DNA of 64,000 bases from Eledone cirrhosa (GCA_964016885.1 OZ024742.1:239630001-239694000), one strand, 5' to 3'. Counted from the stretch's first letter, positions 23,314 to 36,323 are shown. Made by a program: numbers and translations. The notes: a model not told the origin generated them from the letters alone.

Positions 23314-26300
23314 TCATCATCATCATCATCATCAACGTTTAACGTCCGTGTTCCACGCTTGCATGGGTTTGGACGGGGGTAGTCCCACTTGAGGCAAGAG
23401 TGATTGTCTTGCTCGCATAGGACTGTCTGGCAGGTTTTCTACAGTTGGATGCCCTTCCTAACACCAACCACATTTACAGTGTGGGTCTGGGAGGTTTTTA
23501 CCGTGTTGCCTACACGGCCACATTACAGCGTGGACTGTGTGTTTTTTTGTCGTGACACCTACACGATCTCATTTGTTTCGGCCTGGATGGTGTGGCACCA
23601 ACATAACTTTACATAGAACGGGGTGGTGTGGATGGGGTGGGGGTGGTGGTGGTGGGACGGGGGGGGGGTATTTTGTTAGAGATGCCTACTGGCTGTAGTA
23701 GGTTTTACTATGTATTTAGGTAAGGCGGGTCTTCTCTGTTACTGAGTACCGCCAAAGGTCTCGGTCCAGTGACATTGTCTTGGAGAGGTGTAAGTGTGTG
23801 AGGTCGGAGTTTATCAGCTCGTCCCAGGTTTTTCTAGGTCTGCCTATTCCGTGGCTACCGTCTATCTTTATTGCCCTGCACTTTGTTATACAGCTATCGA
23901 CTTTCATGCGCATCACGTGTCCATACCAACGTAGCCTTCTCTCGAGTAAACAACATCTGATCCCTCTTATTTCTAATTTTTTCCTTAGTTCGTTTATGCT
24001 TTGCCGTTCACGTATATTACTGTTACACATCCAGCGGAGCATGCAAGCTTCGTTCCTCTCTAGTCTGCGTATATCCTCTGCACACAATGCCCAGGTCTCA
24101 CTGCCATGCAACATTGCTGTTCGTATGCAGGCATCGTACAACCTGCCTTTCATTTTTAGGGAGAACCCTTTAGCAGCTAATAGTGGTATAAGCTCTCTGA
24201 ACTTTTTCCAACCAGTTCTGACTCTAGCTACTGTACTTTCAGAGCACCCTCCCCCACTGCTGATTTTATCACCCAGGTAACGGAAGCTGTCCACTATTTC
24301 TATAGAACCCTCTGCGCAATTGAAAGAGCTAGTATTTTGTGGGCACTTGCTGCTACTTATTGCACCAGAGCACCGGCCACATGTAAAATCTATGTTCTTA
24401 GTTAGCTTACCTGTGATCCCACTACATCTTTTATGCACCCATACTTTGCATTTAGGACATAAAATGGAGTTTCTACCTATGCCTTTCCTACACACCGAGC
24501 ACGACCATTTCCCAGAAGGGACCGCCGCCTTATTTTCTTTCCTACAAACTAGAACTTTAGTCTTAGCTAGGTTAATTTTAAGGCCTTTTGATTCTAGGCC
24601 GTGCTTCCATGTTTGGAATTTCTTCTCTAGCTCGGCCATTGATTCCGCTATGAGTGTCAGGTCGTCTGCGTATAGGAGTTCCCATGGGCAGCCGGTCTTG
24701 AACTCCTCTGTTATAGCCTGAAGGGCAATAATAAATAGTAGGGGGCTGAGAACAGAGCCCTGATGGACGCCAACTTTTACGCTAAACTCTTCACTATATT
24801 CGTTGTTAATTCTAACCTTGCTGACTGTTTCTTTATACATGGCTTGTATAGCTCTCACAAGCCATTCGTCAACGCCTAGTTTTCTAAGAGCCCACCAGAT
24901 AATGGAGCGGGGGACTCTGTCGAAGGCTTTCTCCAAGTCGACAAAAGCTAAGTAGAGGGGTTTACCTTTAGCTAGGTACTTCTCCTGTAGTTGTCGTACT
25001 ATGAAAAGAGCGTCTGTGGTACTTTTGCCTGACACAAACCCGAACTGCATTTCATCTAGGTCAATTCTCTCTCTGATTAGTTGTGCTATTACTTTTTCTG
25101 TGACCTTCATGACCTGGTCGATTAATTTAATGCCTCTATAGTTACTCCTATCTAGGGCGTCTCCTTTACCCTTATAACAGTTAACGATGATGCTGCTATG
25201 CCAGTCCTTCGGAACAACCCCATTCTGTACGACTTGGTTAACTATGCGGGTGACCATGGTGTGTCCCACCGTGCCAGATGCCTTCAGCATCTCAGCAACT
25301 ATTTCCGAAGGCCCAGCCGCCTTACCCGTCTTCATATCCTTTATTGCCTTACTTATTATACTCCCCTCGACTAACACTGCTGGTCCCTCTATTGGGTCGA
25401 TATGGGGGAGACTGTCTTTCTCCCATTTATTCTCCTCATTTAATAGCCTTTCATAGTGACACTTCCAAGCTACCTTCTTATCAGCGTCGGTGATGGCAAG
25501 TATGCCATCATCGTTAAGTACACACTTCTCCCCGACAATATCACGGTTTTCCTTGACGCATTGCCTAGCAATCCTGAACACCTCACGTTTTTGGTCATCG
25601 CGTTGTAGAACATGCTTGAACTTTCTTTCCTCAGCTTCCCTTCTTGCTAAGTACACTTGTCTCCTAGCTTCCCTCCTGGCCACTTGATAGTCTTCTCTAC
25701 TTCCCCCATCCCGCCATACTTTCCAAGCCTGCTTTTTGGCCTTAATTGACCCCTCCACCTTACTGTTCCACCACCATGTTACTCTCCTCTTGCCTACAGG
25801 CCTGCTCCAGCCACAGACTTCGTCTGTCGCCATCAGCAGGTTTGCTTTCAGAAATTCCCACTGTCCCTCTATATTGTCCGACTCTAAATGTTCTTCCTTA
25901 CTGTCGAAAGCATCAAGTAATATGCTTTGAAATTTATTTCTGGCTGTGGGGTCCTTTAGCTTCCATATTTTTCTCCTGAGGATAGTCCTCTTCTGCTGTC
26001 GAGTACGTCTCGTCCTGACTATGAGGTCGCTAATTATCAGTCTATGTTGGGAGGTGCATTCTTCATGGGGGAGGGATTTAGTGTTTACAACAGACACTCT
26101 GTCACGTCTTCTGGTAAGGATATAATCTACCTGGCTTGTGTGTTCCCCGGATCTATAGGTGATCAGGTGATTGTCACGTTTTTTGAAGTTAGTGTTACAG
26201 ATAGTTAGGTTATTTGCATCACAGAATTCCAGGATTCTGGAGCCTTCCTCATTTCTAGTACCAAACCCATAGCCTCCATGGATTTCGTCGTAGCCGTCAC

Positions 26301-26628
26301 AATGTTGTCCAACGTGACCATTTAGGTCACCTGCAATAATTATATAGTCACTGTCGGATATTTGGGAGGTTGTTAGCATCAGTGTCTCATAGAATCTGTC
26401 TTTTATAGTGCCGGGCAGTCCGGATTGGGGTGCGTACGCAGATATTACTGTCACCGTAGTTCTATTGAGGACAAGTCGTATTTTAATTATTCTGTCGTTC
26501 ACTCTATTTACGTCTATTATCTTATCTGCCCACTTTTCTGCTACCATGATTCCTACTCCACCCAGCCCATCGTCGTTTCCCACCCAGAAAAGCTTATAAC
26601 ATCGTTTTTTACCCTCAATGAATCTAGC
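23314..26628 (-). mobile_element. RTE-clade LINE, 5'-truncated, young
   Basis: (CAT)n tail at about 23315-23333, ~400-bp 3' UTR, long intact ORF, possible AAACT target duplication at both ends. Confidence 0.95.
23716..26628 (-). CDS. RTE polyprotein: APE endonuclease (N-terminus missing), reverse transcriptase, PHD-like zinc finger
   Basis: AYAPQ, GDLNGH, QVDYIL, TSQHRL (APE motifs); NYRGI, QFGF, DLEKAFD, GVHQGSVLSP, LYADD, FRYLG (RT); CSVC..CPKC..HKRC..CGRC. The frame stays open upstream of the called start to about 26628 (ARFIEGKKRCYKLFWVGND). Confidence 0.95.
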   Translation of the reverse strand, partial: ARFIEGKKRCYKLFWVGNDDGLGGVGIMVAEKWADKIIDVNRVNDRIIKIRLVLNRTTVTVISAYAPQSGLPGTIKDRFYETLMLTTSQISDSDYIIIAGDLNGHVGQHCDGYDEIHGGYGFGTRNEEGSRILEFCDANNLTICNTNFKKRDNHLITYRSGEHTSQVDYILTRRRDRVSVVNTKSLPHEECTSQHRLIISDLIVRTRRTRQQKRTILRRKIWKLKDPTARNKFQSILLDAFDSKEEHLESDNIEGQWEFLKANLLMATDEVCGWSRPVGKRRVTWWWNSKVEGSIKAKKQAWKVWRDGGSREDYQVARREARRQVYLARREAEERKFKHVLQRDDQKREVFRIARQCVKENRDIVGEKCVLNDDGILAITDADKKVAWKCHYERLLNEENKWEKDSLPHIDPIEGPAVLVEGSIISKAIKDMKTGKAAGPSEIVAEMLKASGTVGHTMVTRIVNQVVQNGVVPKDWHSSIIVNCYKGKGDALDRSNYRGIKLIDQVMKVTEKVIAQLIRERIDLDEMQFGFVSGKSTTDALFIVRQLQEKYLAKGKPLYLAFVDLEKAFDRVPRSIIWWALRKLGVDEWLVRAIQAMYKETVSKVRINNEYSEEFSVKVGVHQGSVLSPLLFIIALQAITEEFKTGCPWELLYADDLTLIAESMAELEKKFQTWKHGLESKGLKINLAKTKVLVCRKENKAAVPSGKWSCSVCRKGIGRNSILCPKCKVWVHKRCSGITGKLTKNIDFTCGRCSGAISSSKCPQNTSSFNCAEGSIEIVDSFRYLGDKISSGGGCSESTVARVRTGWKKFRELIPLLAAKGFSLKMKGRLYDACIRTAMLHGSETWALCAEDIRRLERNEACMLRWMCNSNIRERQSINELRKKLEIRGIRCCLLERRLRWYGHVMRMKVDSCITKCRAIKIDGSHGIGRPRKTWDELINSDLTHLHLSKTMSLDRDLWRYSVTEKTRLT

Positions 26629-26660
26629 AAACTAGCTAACTATATTTATAAAACCATATT

Positions 26661-26725
26661 TATTTCATTATACATATTTCAAGGACACCAAGTTAAATTA
26701 TGGTGTACTTTCATCAGATAAAATA
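26661..26725 (-). ncRNA. Type I hammerhead ribozyme motif
   Basis: Minus strand TATTTTAT-CTGATGA-AAGtACACCA-taatttaact-TGGTGTcCTT-GAAA-TATGTA-TA/ATGAAATA: 8-bp stem I (one G-U), long stem II, minimal stem III, AUA triplet. Confidence 0.8.
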
Positions 26726-27008
26726 TAATATAGATCAGTTTTATAAATAAATATTGACATACCCTTAAAGAATGCGACCATTTCTGTTGGAAGCTCCCGG
26801 ATAGTGGGGTTATTAAATTTATTTAGTCTATTATGCAAATTAGTGTCGGATATGTTTAAATCACAGTAGATTTAAAATAAGCCGTTGGGGTATGGAAAAA
26901 GGGAAAGAAAAGAAAGAGAAAAAAGAGAAATAAAGAAAGAAAAAAAAAGAATTAAAAAAATAAAAAACAAAAGAAAAAAGAGTAGAAAAAAAGAAAATAT
27001 AATATATC

Positions 27009-27057
<49 letters not shown>

Positions 27058-27105
27058 CATCCCACACCAATTATATATATATATAATTTATATATATATA
27101 TATAA

Positions 27106-27412
27106 TAGAGCATTGGCCTTGCAATCGAAAGGTTGTGAGTTCAATTCTCAGACTGGGTGATGTGTTGTTTCCTTGAGCAAGACACTTTATTTCACATTGC
27201 TCCAGTTTACTCAGCTGTAGAAATGAGATGATAGGGACTGGGGTCCCTATCATTCCACTGCAACGTCGCCATGGAGGTGCTACAGCAAAAAAAAAAGCAC
27301 CCAGCACTCACTGTAAATGAGGTTGGTGTTAGGAAGGGCATCCAGCTGTAGAAATCAAGCCAGAATCAGTTCCCATCCCACCCTTGCAAGCAGGGAAAAG
27401 CAGACGTAAATA
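27106..27412 (+). mobile_element. CORE-like SINE with RTE tail (5' end clipped)
   Basis: Reverse complement of 17017-17410. Confidence 0.85.
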
Positions 27413-27422
27413 ATAAAAAATA

Positions 27423-27491
<69 letters not shown>

Positions 27492-27899
27492 GTTGTGAAG
27501 AAAGTAGTGATTCAAATGAACAAATTTGGTGTGGCCCTCACTCAACTGATACTGGTGGAGATTATGTAAATCTAGATGAAGGGTAGGTAAACACATTTAC
27601 TGTGCCTTGTGTTGATTCTGTCAGTTAATTTGCCTGCAATTAATATTCTTGAGCTGTGTATGCAAATATTTAATTTTTGCTCAGGAGCCCAGGAGGAGGA
27701 TAAAGGGACTCATGTTTGAAAGGGTTAACTTTTTACACTCAAAGGGACCTGGGCCACATTCAGGTCATGACTCCTGTTTGTTGAGATGTTGGAATTGGAC
27801 ACTTAATGGTATTAATCATGTCCAATAAATCTTTTTGGGGGGGATTCAGTAGAAATTCCATCTTTTCAAATTGGAAACAAGATGTGTAAAAGAACTATG

Positions 27900-28525
27900 T
27901 TTATGTGTGTGTATGTGTGTGTGTGGGTATGTGTGTGTGTGTATGTATGTGTGTGTCTGTGTGTGTGTGTGTGTATGTGTGTGTCTGTGTGTGCATTTGT
28001 CTCTGCCTGTTTGTGTGTGTATGTATATATGTGATTAAGTGTGTATGTTTGTGCATGTATGTGTGTGTGTGTGTGCATATGTGTGTGTATGTGTGCATAT
28101 ATGTGTGTATGCGTGTGTGTCTGTGTGTGGACATTTGTCTCTGCCTGTTTGTGTATGTATATATGTACTTAAGTGTGTGTGTTTGTGCATGTATGTGTGT
28201 GTATGTGTGTGTATGTATGCATATGTGTATGTATGTGTGTGTCTGTGTGTGTGCATTTGTCTCTGCCTGTTTGTGTATGCATGAATATATGTACTTAAGT
28301 GTGTGTGCTTTTGTGCATGTATGTGTGCATATGTGTATGTATGTGTGTATGTATGTATGTGTGTAAATGTATATACATGGATGAATGAGTGTGTTTGTGT
28401 GTGTATCTGCATGTTTTGATGTGTACATGCGTGTGTCTGTATGTGTGTCTGTATGTGTATATGTGTATGTATGTGTGTGTGTATACATGTGCATGTGTCT
28501 GTATGTGCATGTGCATGTGTGTGAT
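27900..28525. repeat. Degenerate (TG/TA)n tract with embedded CATTTGTCTCTGCCTGTTTG repeats
   Basis: Direct reading; the embedded motif occurs three times. Confidence 0.85.
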
Positions 28526-29478
28526 ATTGTTTATGTTTTATAACATTGACCAGGAATATAAATGTGTAGGTCTCATTGAATACAATGTGACTTGTCTGAC
28601 CACAAGTTTGTGAGAAAAACAATTAGTGAAAGAAGATTGTCAAGAAACACTTTCTGCATGTAAAACAAATAGTTAAGTTAGTGCTGATATATTTACTGTA
28701 ATGAGCATAGAAGTTTCAATTAATTAATGTTCCAGTCTTAGTGATGCATGCTCCTATATACACGTCAACTTAACCCTTTTGGGTCCTTTTTGGCCCTTTC
28801 TAGCCCTTTCTGGTATTTAAACCGGCCATAATTCTCTCACCTCTTTCTGTCCAAACTGGCTGTAACTGGCCATAACTGGCTGTAAGTAGCTATAACTGGC
28901 CGTAGCTGGCTGCTCATACTGATGTTAAAGTATTGTTCTCAAAATAAATAACATCAAAATCTCAAAGATTTGATATTATGTGAGATAAAGTCTTTACTAT
29001 GAAAATGCAGTAGTATATATAGAGTAATGTAAATGGTAAAGTGTTAATGACAGTGGCACATCAAGGGTTTCCTGTACCTGGGAGCAATCTACACATAATA
29101 GGCCAGAGGAAATTCTGTGCCTCATTACATCTTCACCTGATATTGATTGCTCCTCCTCACACCCCTCTCAGTACATCTTTGCTTAACCCTTTAATATTTA
29201 CATTTACTCTATATATACTATTGGCTGAGGCCATGCTGGGGCACCGCCCTTTACGTAATTATTTCACATAATATTGGATCTATGAGATTTTGATGTTATT
29301 CATTTTGAGAACAATACCTTAAAATCAGTATGAGCAGCCAGTTACAGCCAGTTTGAACAGAAAGAGGTGAGAGAATTCTGGCTGGATACGGCCGGTTTAA
29401 ATGCTAAAGGGTTAATGATTAATTCTGCTCAAGAAAGTCAAGAGAAACAACTTTAAAATTTAAAGGAATTGAAATTAA

Positions 29479-29863
29479 TCTCCTTATAATATATAACCAG
29501 CAATTTCTCTGTCTGTCTGTCCGACAGTGGAAACACGTGCGCGCGTGCGAATGTTTTTTGCGCACGCGTAGAGAGAGAGTAAGAGTGAAAGAAAGAGACA
29601 GACTACAAGAGGGGGATAGCGGGAGGGAGAGAGGGGGGAATTGAGGAGTGCTACAGAAACATATATACATTTCTGTGTGTGTGTAATATATATATATATA
29701 CACACACAGAAATATATATATATACACACAGAAATATATATACATTTCTGTGTGTGTAATATATATATATATATATACACACACAGAAATATATATACAT
29801 TTCTGTGTGTGTAATATATATATATACTAGCAGAAAACCGCCTACCGGGTGGTTTTCTGCTAG
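29479..29863 (+). mobile_element. Non-autonomous Helitron-like element (family A) with internal minisatellite
   Basis: A|TCTCCTTATAATATATAACCAGC 5' end (also inverted at about 21445-21481); 3' hairpin CTAGCAGAAAACC..GGTTTTCTGCTAG (also at 16080-16116); internal ACACACAGAAATATATATACATTTCTGTGTGT repeats also at 20375-20470 and 21020-21440. Confidence 0.7.
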
Positions 29864-30766
29864 TCTATATATATAAAACTGAGGATGTCTGTCTGTGTGT
29901 GTGTGAGTTCGAATCCCTAAAACTCGAGAACCATCCAACCGACTACTTTCAAGCTTTACACATGTAATGCTTATGTTTCAGGGAGTGTTCTGAGCAAAAA
30001 AAAATTCAAATTTTCTATGACCAGAGACCACATTAGGCGATTTAGCGATCTCACTCTATAATTCTTAGTCTTTCTCTTTTTAGATAGATACATACTTATA
30101 ACATCGCGCCCTTATAATATCTGTCTGCATTACGTCACTTCCTTGAGGATGTCTGTGTGTGTGTGTGTGAGTTTGAATCCCTAAAACTCGAGAAGAACCC
30201 AACCGAATTTTTCAAACTTTAATGTGTATTACTTATGTTTCAGGGAGTGTTATGCACATAGAAAAATTCAACTTTTTTTTATCTCCTAGGGCCCGCATTA
30301 GGTGAAAAACTGCGTTGTTTAACATTTTTAGGGGTTTTTTGAGGCGTTATGTCAAACCGATTTCCTTGAAATTGTAACTATGTATTAGTCAGTCTCTTCT
30401 TCATACCGTAAGCAAAGAAAATCCAACTTTCTTATGGCCTAGGGCCCACATTAGGTGAAAAACTTCATTTTTTCAGCTTCTTAGGGCTGGGGGGGAGGGG
30501 GGGGGCGTTACGTCTAGCCAATTTTCCCGAAATTTCAAGACATATTATGCACATAAAAAAATTCATTTTCTTGATCCCCTAGGGCCTGCATTAGGTGAAA
30601 ACCTGCCTTTTTCCTGCTTCATCGAGGGAAATCTTAAAGATTATCCAGCCATCAGAGTATTCGGTTTATTTTCTTTACATATTGTCCAGGCATGCAGTTT
30701 TTAGGTCTATTGGCGGCCCGCGTTCTAAAATACTTTATCCCGTGCAACGCTGGGTACCACTGCTAG
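29864..30766 (+). mobile_element. Non-autonomous Helitron (family B), directly abutting family A
   Basis: Starts TCTATATATATAAAACTG, ends CCCGTGCAACGCTGGGTACCACTGCTAG|T; internal repeats CCTAGGGCCCGCATTAGGTGAAAA x3. Confidence 0.85.
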
Positions 30767-31253
30767 TTAAAAATAAAATAAGGCATGTGAGAGGGAGGAG
30801 TCTGTTCTTTGAAAGGTCTAATGACAATAATTTAAAGTGTTTATATTTATCGAAAAACCTTCCATCTTAATTTTATAAAAGAAATTTTATTAAGTTATGC
30901 TCCAAACACCAGCTTAATGATGGTAACTTGAAATACTAGAATTCTTTTCAATATGCTGACACATATGTGTATATGTGTGTGCATGAGTATATGTATGTAT
31001 GTGCATATGTTTATATGTATGAGTATATAAATATAAATGCGCAAACACAGACACTTACAAAAATACACACTCACAGACATACATTCACACAAATACACAC
31101 ATACATTCTTCAGACAAACACACACACACATACATTTACACAAACACACACATACACTCACACACAGCATAGCAAATGGAACGCCAGCCGCTGTTTTGCT
31201 ATAGTTTTTTCACCATCTCTTCCTTTCTTTTACACATGCATACGTTCACACAA

Positions 31254-31286
<33 letters not shown>

Positions 31287-31469
31287 CACACAAACACACA
31301 CATACACACAAACACATTGTTGTGATGGACAGAAGTCGCTCAGATTTATATATTGATGGTGATGGTGGTGGTGGTGGTGCTAATGAGCAAGTCATGGTTT
31401 TCCCAACCAGTCTAGTCTTGGGCCGTGATAATCAGTCCAACCAATGCCAACAAGTAGACATAGTGAGGA

Positions 31470-31662
31470 TCATGATGGTGGTGATGATCATGATGATGAT
31501 GTCATTGTTATGGTTGTGGTTGTTGGTGTTGGTGGTAGTGTTGTTGTTGGTGTTGGCGGTGGTGGTGATGATAATGATGATTATGATGATGATGATGATG
31601 ATAATGATTATGATAATGATGATGATGATGATTATGACAATGATTATGATGATGATGGTGGT
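31470..31662. repeat. (GAT)n/(GGT)n trinucleotide repeat
   Basis: Direct reading; poly-D and poly-M ORFs are artefacts. Confidence 0.9.
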
Positions 31663-32992
31663 ATTGACTGATTTAAAAGAGACCTCTTTTCATTTATAAC
31701 AACCATATCCAATATAATCAGGTCTTAGTAATTTCTTTAAACCACACTGTTGAGCACTTCACTTGCTTTCTTTGAAATCTGTTTTTATTAGAACCGATCA
31801 TTATTCCACTTAATTAAACCAAAATATGTTAAAATTAATTTGAAAAAAATCATTAATAACAGTTGATGTCTTTTGATGATTTGTATTCCTCAGTAAACTA
31901 ACTAATCAAAAACAAATTATTTGTGTTGAAACTCTACATCAACCAAAGAGGGTGCTCCAGCATGGCCCTAGCTGTGATGGTTAAAATGAATTAAAGAACT
32001 AAAAAACATCAACCAAATGAAATTTTAGTGTGAAAAACAATATATTTATTACTGATCAATGTTGCAAAGTCTTTTCATCAGAATCAAAATGAAAGAACTA
32101 CAAAATCTTTCACAAGTTGTTGGTGTTGTTTAGCACCAAGTCAAACCTGATCAATCAGGCATTAGATCAAAGACATTCCAACAGTGACCATCCTATCTTT
32201 AAAAAGGTATCAAACCTGATCAAGCAGGCATTAGATCAAATACATTCTATCTTTAAAAAGGTATCTAGATCTACCATTATCTAATGTGTCAGTATCAACA
32301 TACTAATCATTATTCTCTTTATTTGTAATCCAGTAACTTCTTTTATCTGTACTTTTCCTGAAATGTTAACTTTTAATGTCTTGTACCACATGAAACTACA
32401 GTAGCAAGACATTTTTGAAAAAAATATAAAACAACACTAAGAATGTATCACATTAAAAATTCAAGTCTTTGCTCTAATACTGAATATTTTTTACTATGAT
32501 TTGTCCACTAATAAAGCTACTGTAATCATTTGAATTAACAAAACTGTTTTTAGACATTTACTACTAAACCATTACAGGATGTTAAGGGTTAAGGTAATAA
32601 TAAAAAATATCATTTTTATTATTCCAGCGAGTATGGGAGACAACTCCAGGCATGTTTCAATTTTATTAGACCGACTCAGCAAGGCATAAACTTCACCATG
32701 CTTGTCAAAGTAGTGAAGAGAGAGAATCACTATAATCTACTTTCAGCTACTACCTGACATGTAATGTATTATGAAACTGAGAGTAAAATATATTTACCAA
32801 GGACATGGCACAGCAATGGTGATGGAATACAAACCATTGATCTTACAACCAGTAGTCCTATCCAGCCATCAATTCAGCCAGTCAGCCTTCCATCTATGAG
32901 CTCTTAACTCCTGATGGAGTTGTAGGTGTGTCACCTAGAGCATTTAAACCTGGTAGAGCCCATCTCACTCCAGAGAAAAAGAAAGAGAGAGA

Positions 32993-33034
<42 letters not shown>

Positions 33035-33224
33035 AAACAGCACCAGTGTTGGACTGGTTCTTTATTTAATGACCTGAAAAGGACGTAAGGCAAAGTTGAT
33101 CTCAACAGGATTTCAACTCAGATTTGGAACATATACTGCAAAGCATTCTATCCTATGTTCTGATGACTTTGTCAAATTTTCCCCTCAGCACATACTATGA
33201 ACATAGCCATCAGTGACTCTAGAA

Positions 33225-33678
33225 CAGAGATTCTCAAAGTGGGGGCTACCGTGCGTTGAGATTTAGGGGGAGGGGTGCTAAGGTAGAGATGATATAATAG
33301 TATATTAAATATCAAATGATACATATTATATATAAATATCGTCCCTTTATGATCTAAGTTCAAATCCCACCGAGGTTAACTTTGCTTTCATCCTTACGGG
33401 GTCGATAAAATAAAGTACCAGTAATGTACTGGGTAATTGCTGGCCTTGTGCCTAAAATAGAAACAATTATATATAAATATTGTAAAATAAAAACTATATA
33501 ATATTTATTTATACATAGTATATATATTATCTATTATATATAAATTAACAATTTTATTTATTATATATTATTTCCAATTTGTGTGTAGGCAGGTTTGTCT
33601 GGAAATGGGGGTGTGGGGCACTGAGGGTATTATGTGGTCATGAGGGGGGCAGTGGCCCGAAAAGTTTGAGAACCTCTG
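33225..33678. mobile_element. hAT (Charlie-type) MITE with nested SINE fragment
   Basis: 8-bp TSD CTCTAGAA at 33217-33224 and 33679-33686; TIR CAGAGATTCTCAAA / TTTGAGAACCTCTG; SINE piece at about 33345-33470. Confidence 0.9.
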
Positions 33679-35715
33679 CTCTAGAATGTTATATTGACTG
33701 GTAGATGATGGCAGCAGCAACTGATATTGATAGAAAATACTGTTGTAATTATATTTTATTTATTTACATCAAACAAAACATTCGAAATATTACAAGTGTT
33801 AAATTCTAACATATAAAAGCAGGTGTCTAGTAGAAGCAATTTTACTTTTTGGTTGTTGAAACTAAGTGGTAAGAAAACATCCAAGTGTGAAGTAGCACAG
33901 CTGATATTCTTCTGCAAAGAAAACATACTCAGCTATAAAGACCAGACTAAAGATTTGAATTTGTTAGTCATTTATTCATTTATTGATTAAGCTTTTACAT
34001 ACAAAACTGCCTGAAACCACCCCTGGTTCTATGATACAAAAGTATTTTAAAGTGTTTATATTTATCTAAAAACCTTCCTAAAAGATCTTTTGATAATTTA
34101 ACACCAGCTTAATAATAGTTTCTGATTTAGGTACAAGGCCAACAACTGGTACTTTATTTTATCGACCCTGTAAGGATGAAAGGCAAAGCTGACCATGGCA
34201 GGATTTGAACTCAGAACTCTATGCCACAAACATGTTGCCTGACACTCTACCTATACTGCTAATCCACTGCCCTGCACCAGCTTAATAACGAAAAGGTTAC
34301 TTTATTAGTAATTCTTTCCAAATTCTTGCTTATTTTCAAAATTATTTGAAAATCATAGTCAGTATTTTTCATTAGAAATATGGTAACAAAAGAGTTAACT
34401 TTAAAAACCAACACCAACAGGACTTTATTATATGTTACTGGTGCATAGTAAAACTTATAACCCTGTTGACAATATGAAATTGAATTATTTCCATTATGAA
34501 GAAATACAATTTGTCACAAACCTACGCTTCTTCAGATTTATAGATTTAAAAAAATTGGGAAGTAAGATAAAATGGAAGATTTGAAAACATACTTGGCACC
34601 TGAATACTCAGAAAGTTTCATGTCTCTACTCCATAGAGAGTTCATGTTGAAGTAAACAGAAGTGAAAATCATTAAAAACTGTAATATAGTTTCTTACATT
34701 TCAATCTGAGTCTACTCATGTTCACTCTTTCATTACCAATTTCGATCAAATTACACCCATTTCAATTAATTAATCAATAATGTCAAGAGGTTTACTAAAG
34801 TTATTAATTATTTCATTATTATTTTTATATAAAATTATGTTGGAAGATTTTCGATTAGTGTTTTCAATGCTCAGAGAGTGGGATTGGTTGAGTGCAAGGC
34901 CTTTCCCCACTTAAAAAAACCTTCAAAGCACAGGCATTGATTGTTCAGGATATGTTACAGGTTTGTGTGGTTGCCAGTAGCCTAAAAGTGCACCAAACCC
35001 TATAATCTGACAAGCGATTACAATACTCTTAGCAGAATTTGCAGCCATCATATATATATATACTTCATTAATTCAGCAAACTAAATAGTGTATTATACAT
35101 GAGCATAGAGAGAGAGGAGAGAATAATGCAGGGGGTGTAAAATAAAACATCAATTTGAAAAAAAGAGTCCACTGTAGTTAAAAACATACAAAATGAATAA
35201 AAAAGTTTGGCAAGCTTTCTGCAGCTAGATTCCCTTTCCATCACTTTACAGAGTGTACATAATAAATACACCCAGTAGACTCTGTAAAGTGGTTGGTGAT
35301 GAAAAGGGAATCCAACTATAGAAAGCTTACCAAACAAAAGGTCGGAAGAACTCTTACATAAAATGTATATGGTAGAGTGTGGGATCGTATGTTGAACCCC
35401 TAGCCTACCTGGTTGTCTGATAATATAAACCCTACCGATACTGATAATCCACTGCCCTCATGAGAATCAACAAATTGTATTATTTCTGAAGATGTTTAGG
35501 TTAGCTAGGCAGACCTTTGGTTTGGACATTTAGCTCTTTCATTACCATATTTCTAATGGAAAACACTGTCTATGATTTTCAAATAATTAAGAATTTGAAG
35601 GGATTTAGTAAATATAACAAACTTTCTCGTTTTTAAGCTGACATTTGAAACATAACTTAACAAAGGTTGTTACATAAAATTATGATGGAAAGGCTTTATA
35701 TAAACATAAGCACCT

Positions 35716-35973
35716 TAAACCCTTTTGTTACCATATTTCTAATGTAAGACACTAGCTATGATTTTCAAATAATTTTGAAAATAATCAAGAATTTGGAGGG
35801 ATTTAGTAATATAGCTTTCTCATTATTAAACTGGTGTTTGGAACATAACTTAACAAAGACTCTTTCATAAAATTATAATGAAAGATTTTTAGATAAATAC
35901 AACACATTTATATATAGTTTTGTATCATAGAATCAGAGGGTGGTTTAAAGAAGTTTAGCATCAAAAGAGTTAA
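35716..35973. mobile_element. piggyBac-type MITE, most abundant family in the window
   Basis: TTAA-(A)CCCTTTTG...CAAAAG(A/G)G-TTAA ends; related copies at about 54544-54743, 54987-55218, 55669-56119, 61222-61463 and 61965-62533, plus fragments elsewhere. Confidence 0.7.
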
Positions 35974-36277
35974 GAATAATCTATAAGTCTACTCTTCTGA
36001 AAAAATAAAAACCAACGACAATGAAACTTTTTGAATGAAATATTCTAAGTATGAGAGAATATCAGAAATAGATAGCCATCTTTGCTAAACAGTGTCTGTT
36101 ATTCTAGTTAGGAGTTAACACAGTTCTGCTGAAAACACACTTCCTAGTTTGCTTATACAATTGATAGATACATTAAGGTGAATGAAACAGACTTAACACA
36201 GTGTATCAGTGTACCTTCAGATATTGTAATGTATTCAGTCAGTAGCCAACTGGATATAAATATATATATATATACAC

Positions 36278-36323
<46 letters not shown>

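Noticed and set aside
23780-25979. Plus-strand ORFs overlapping the RTE
   Set aside because: Antisense shadows of the RTE coding frame.
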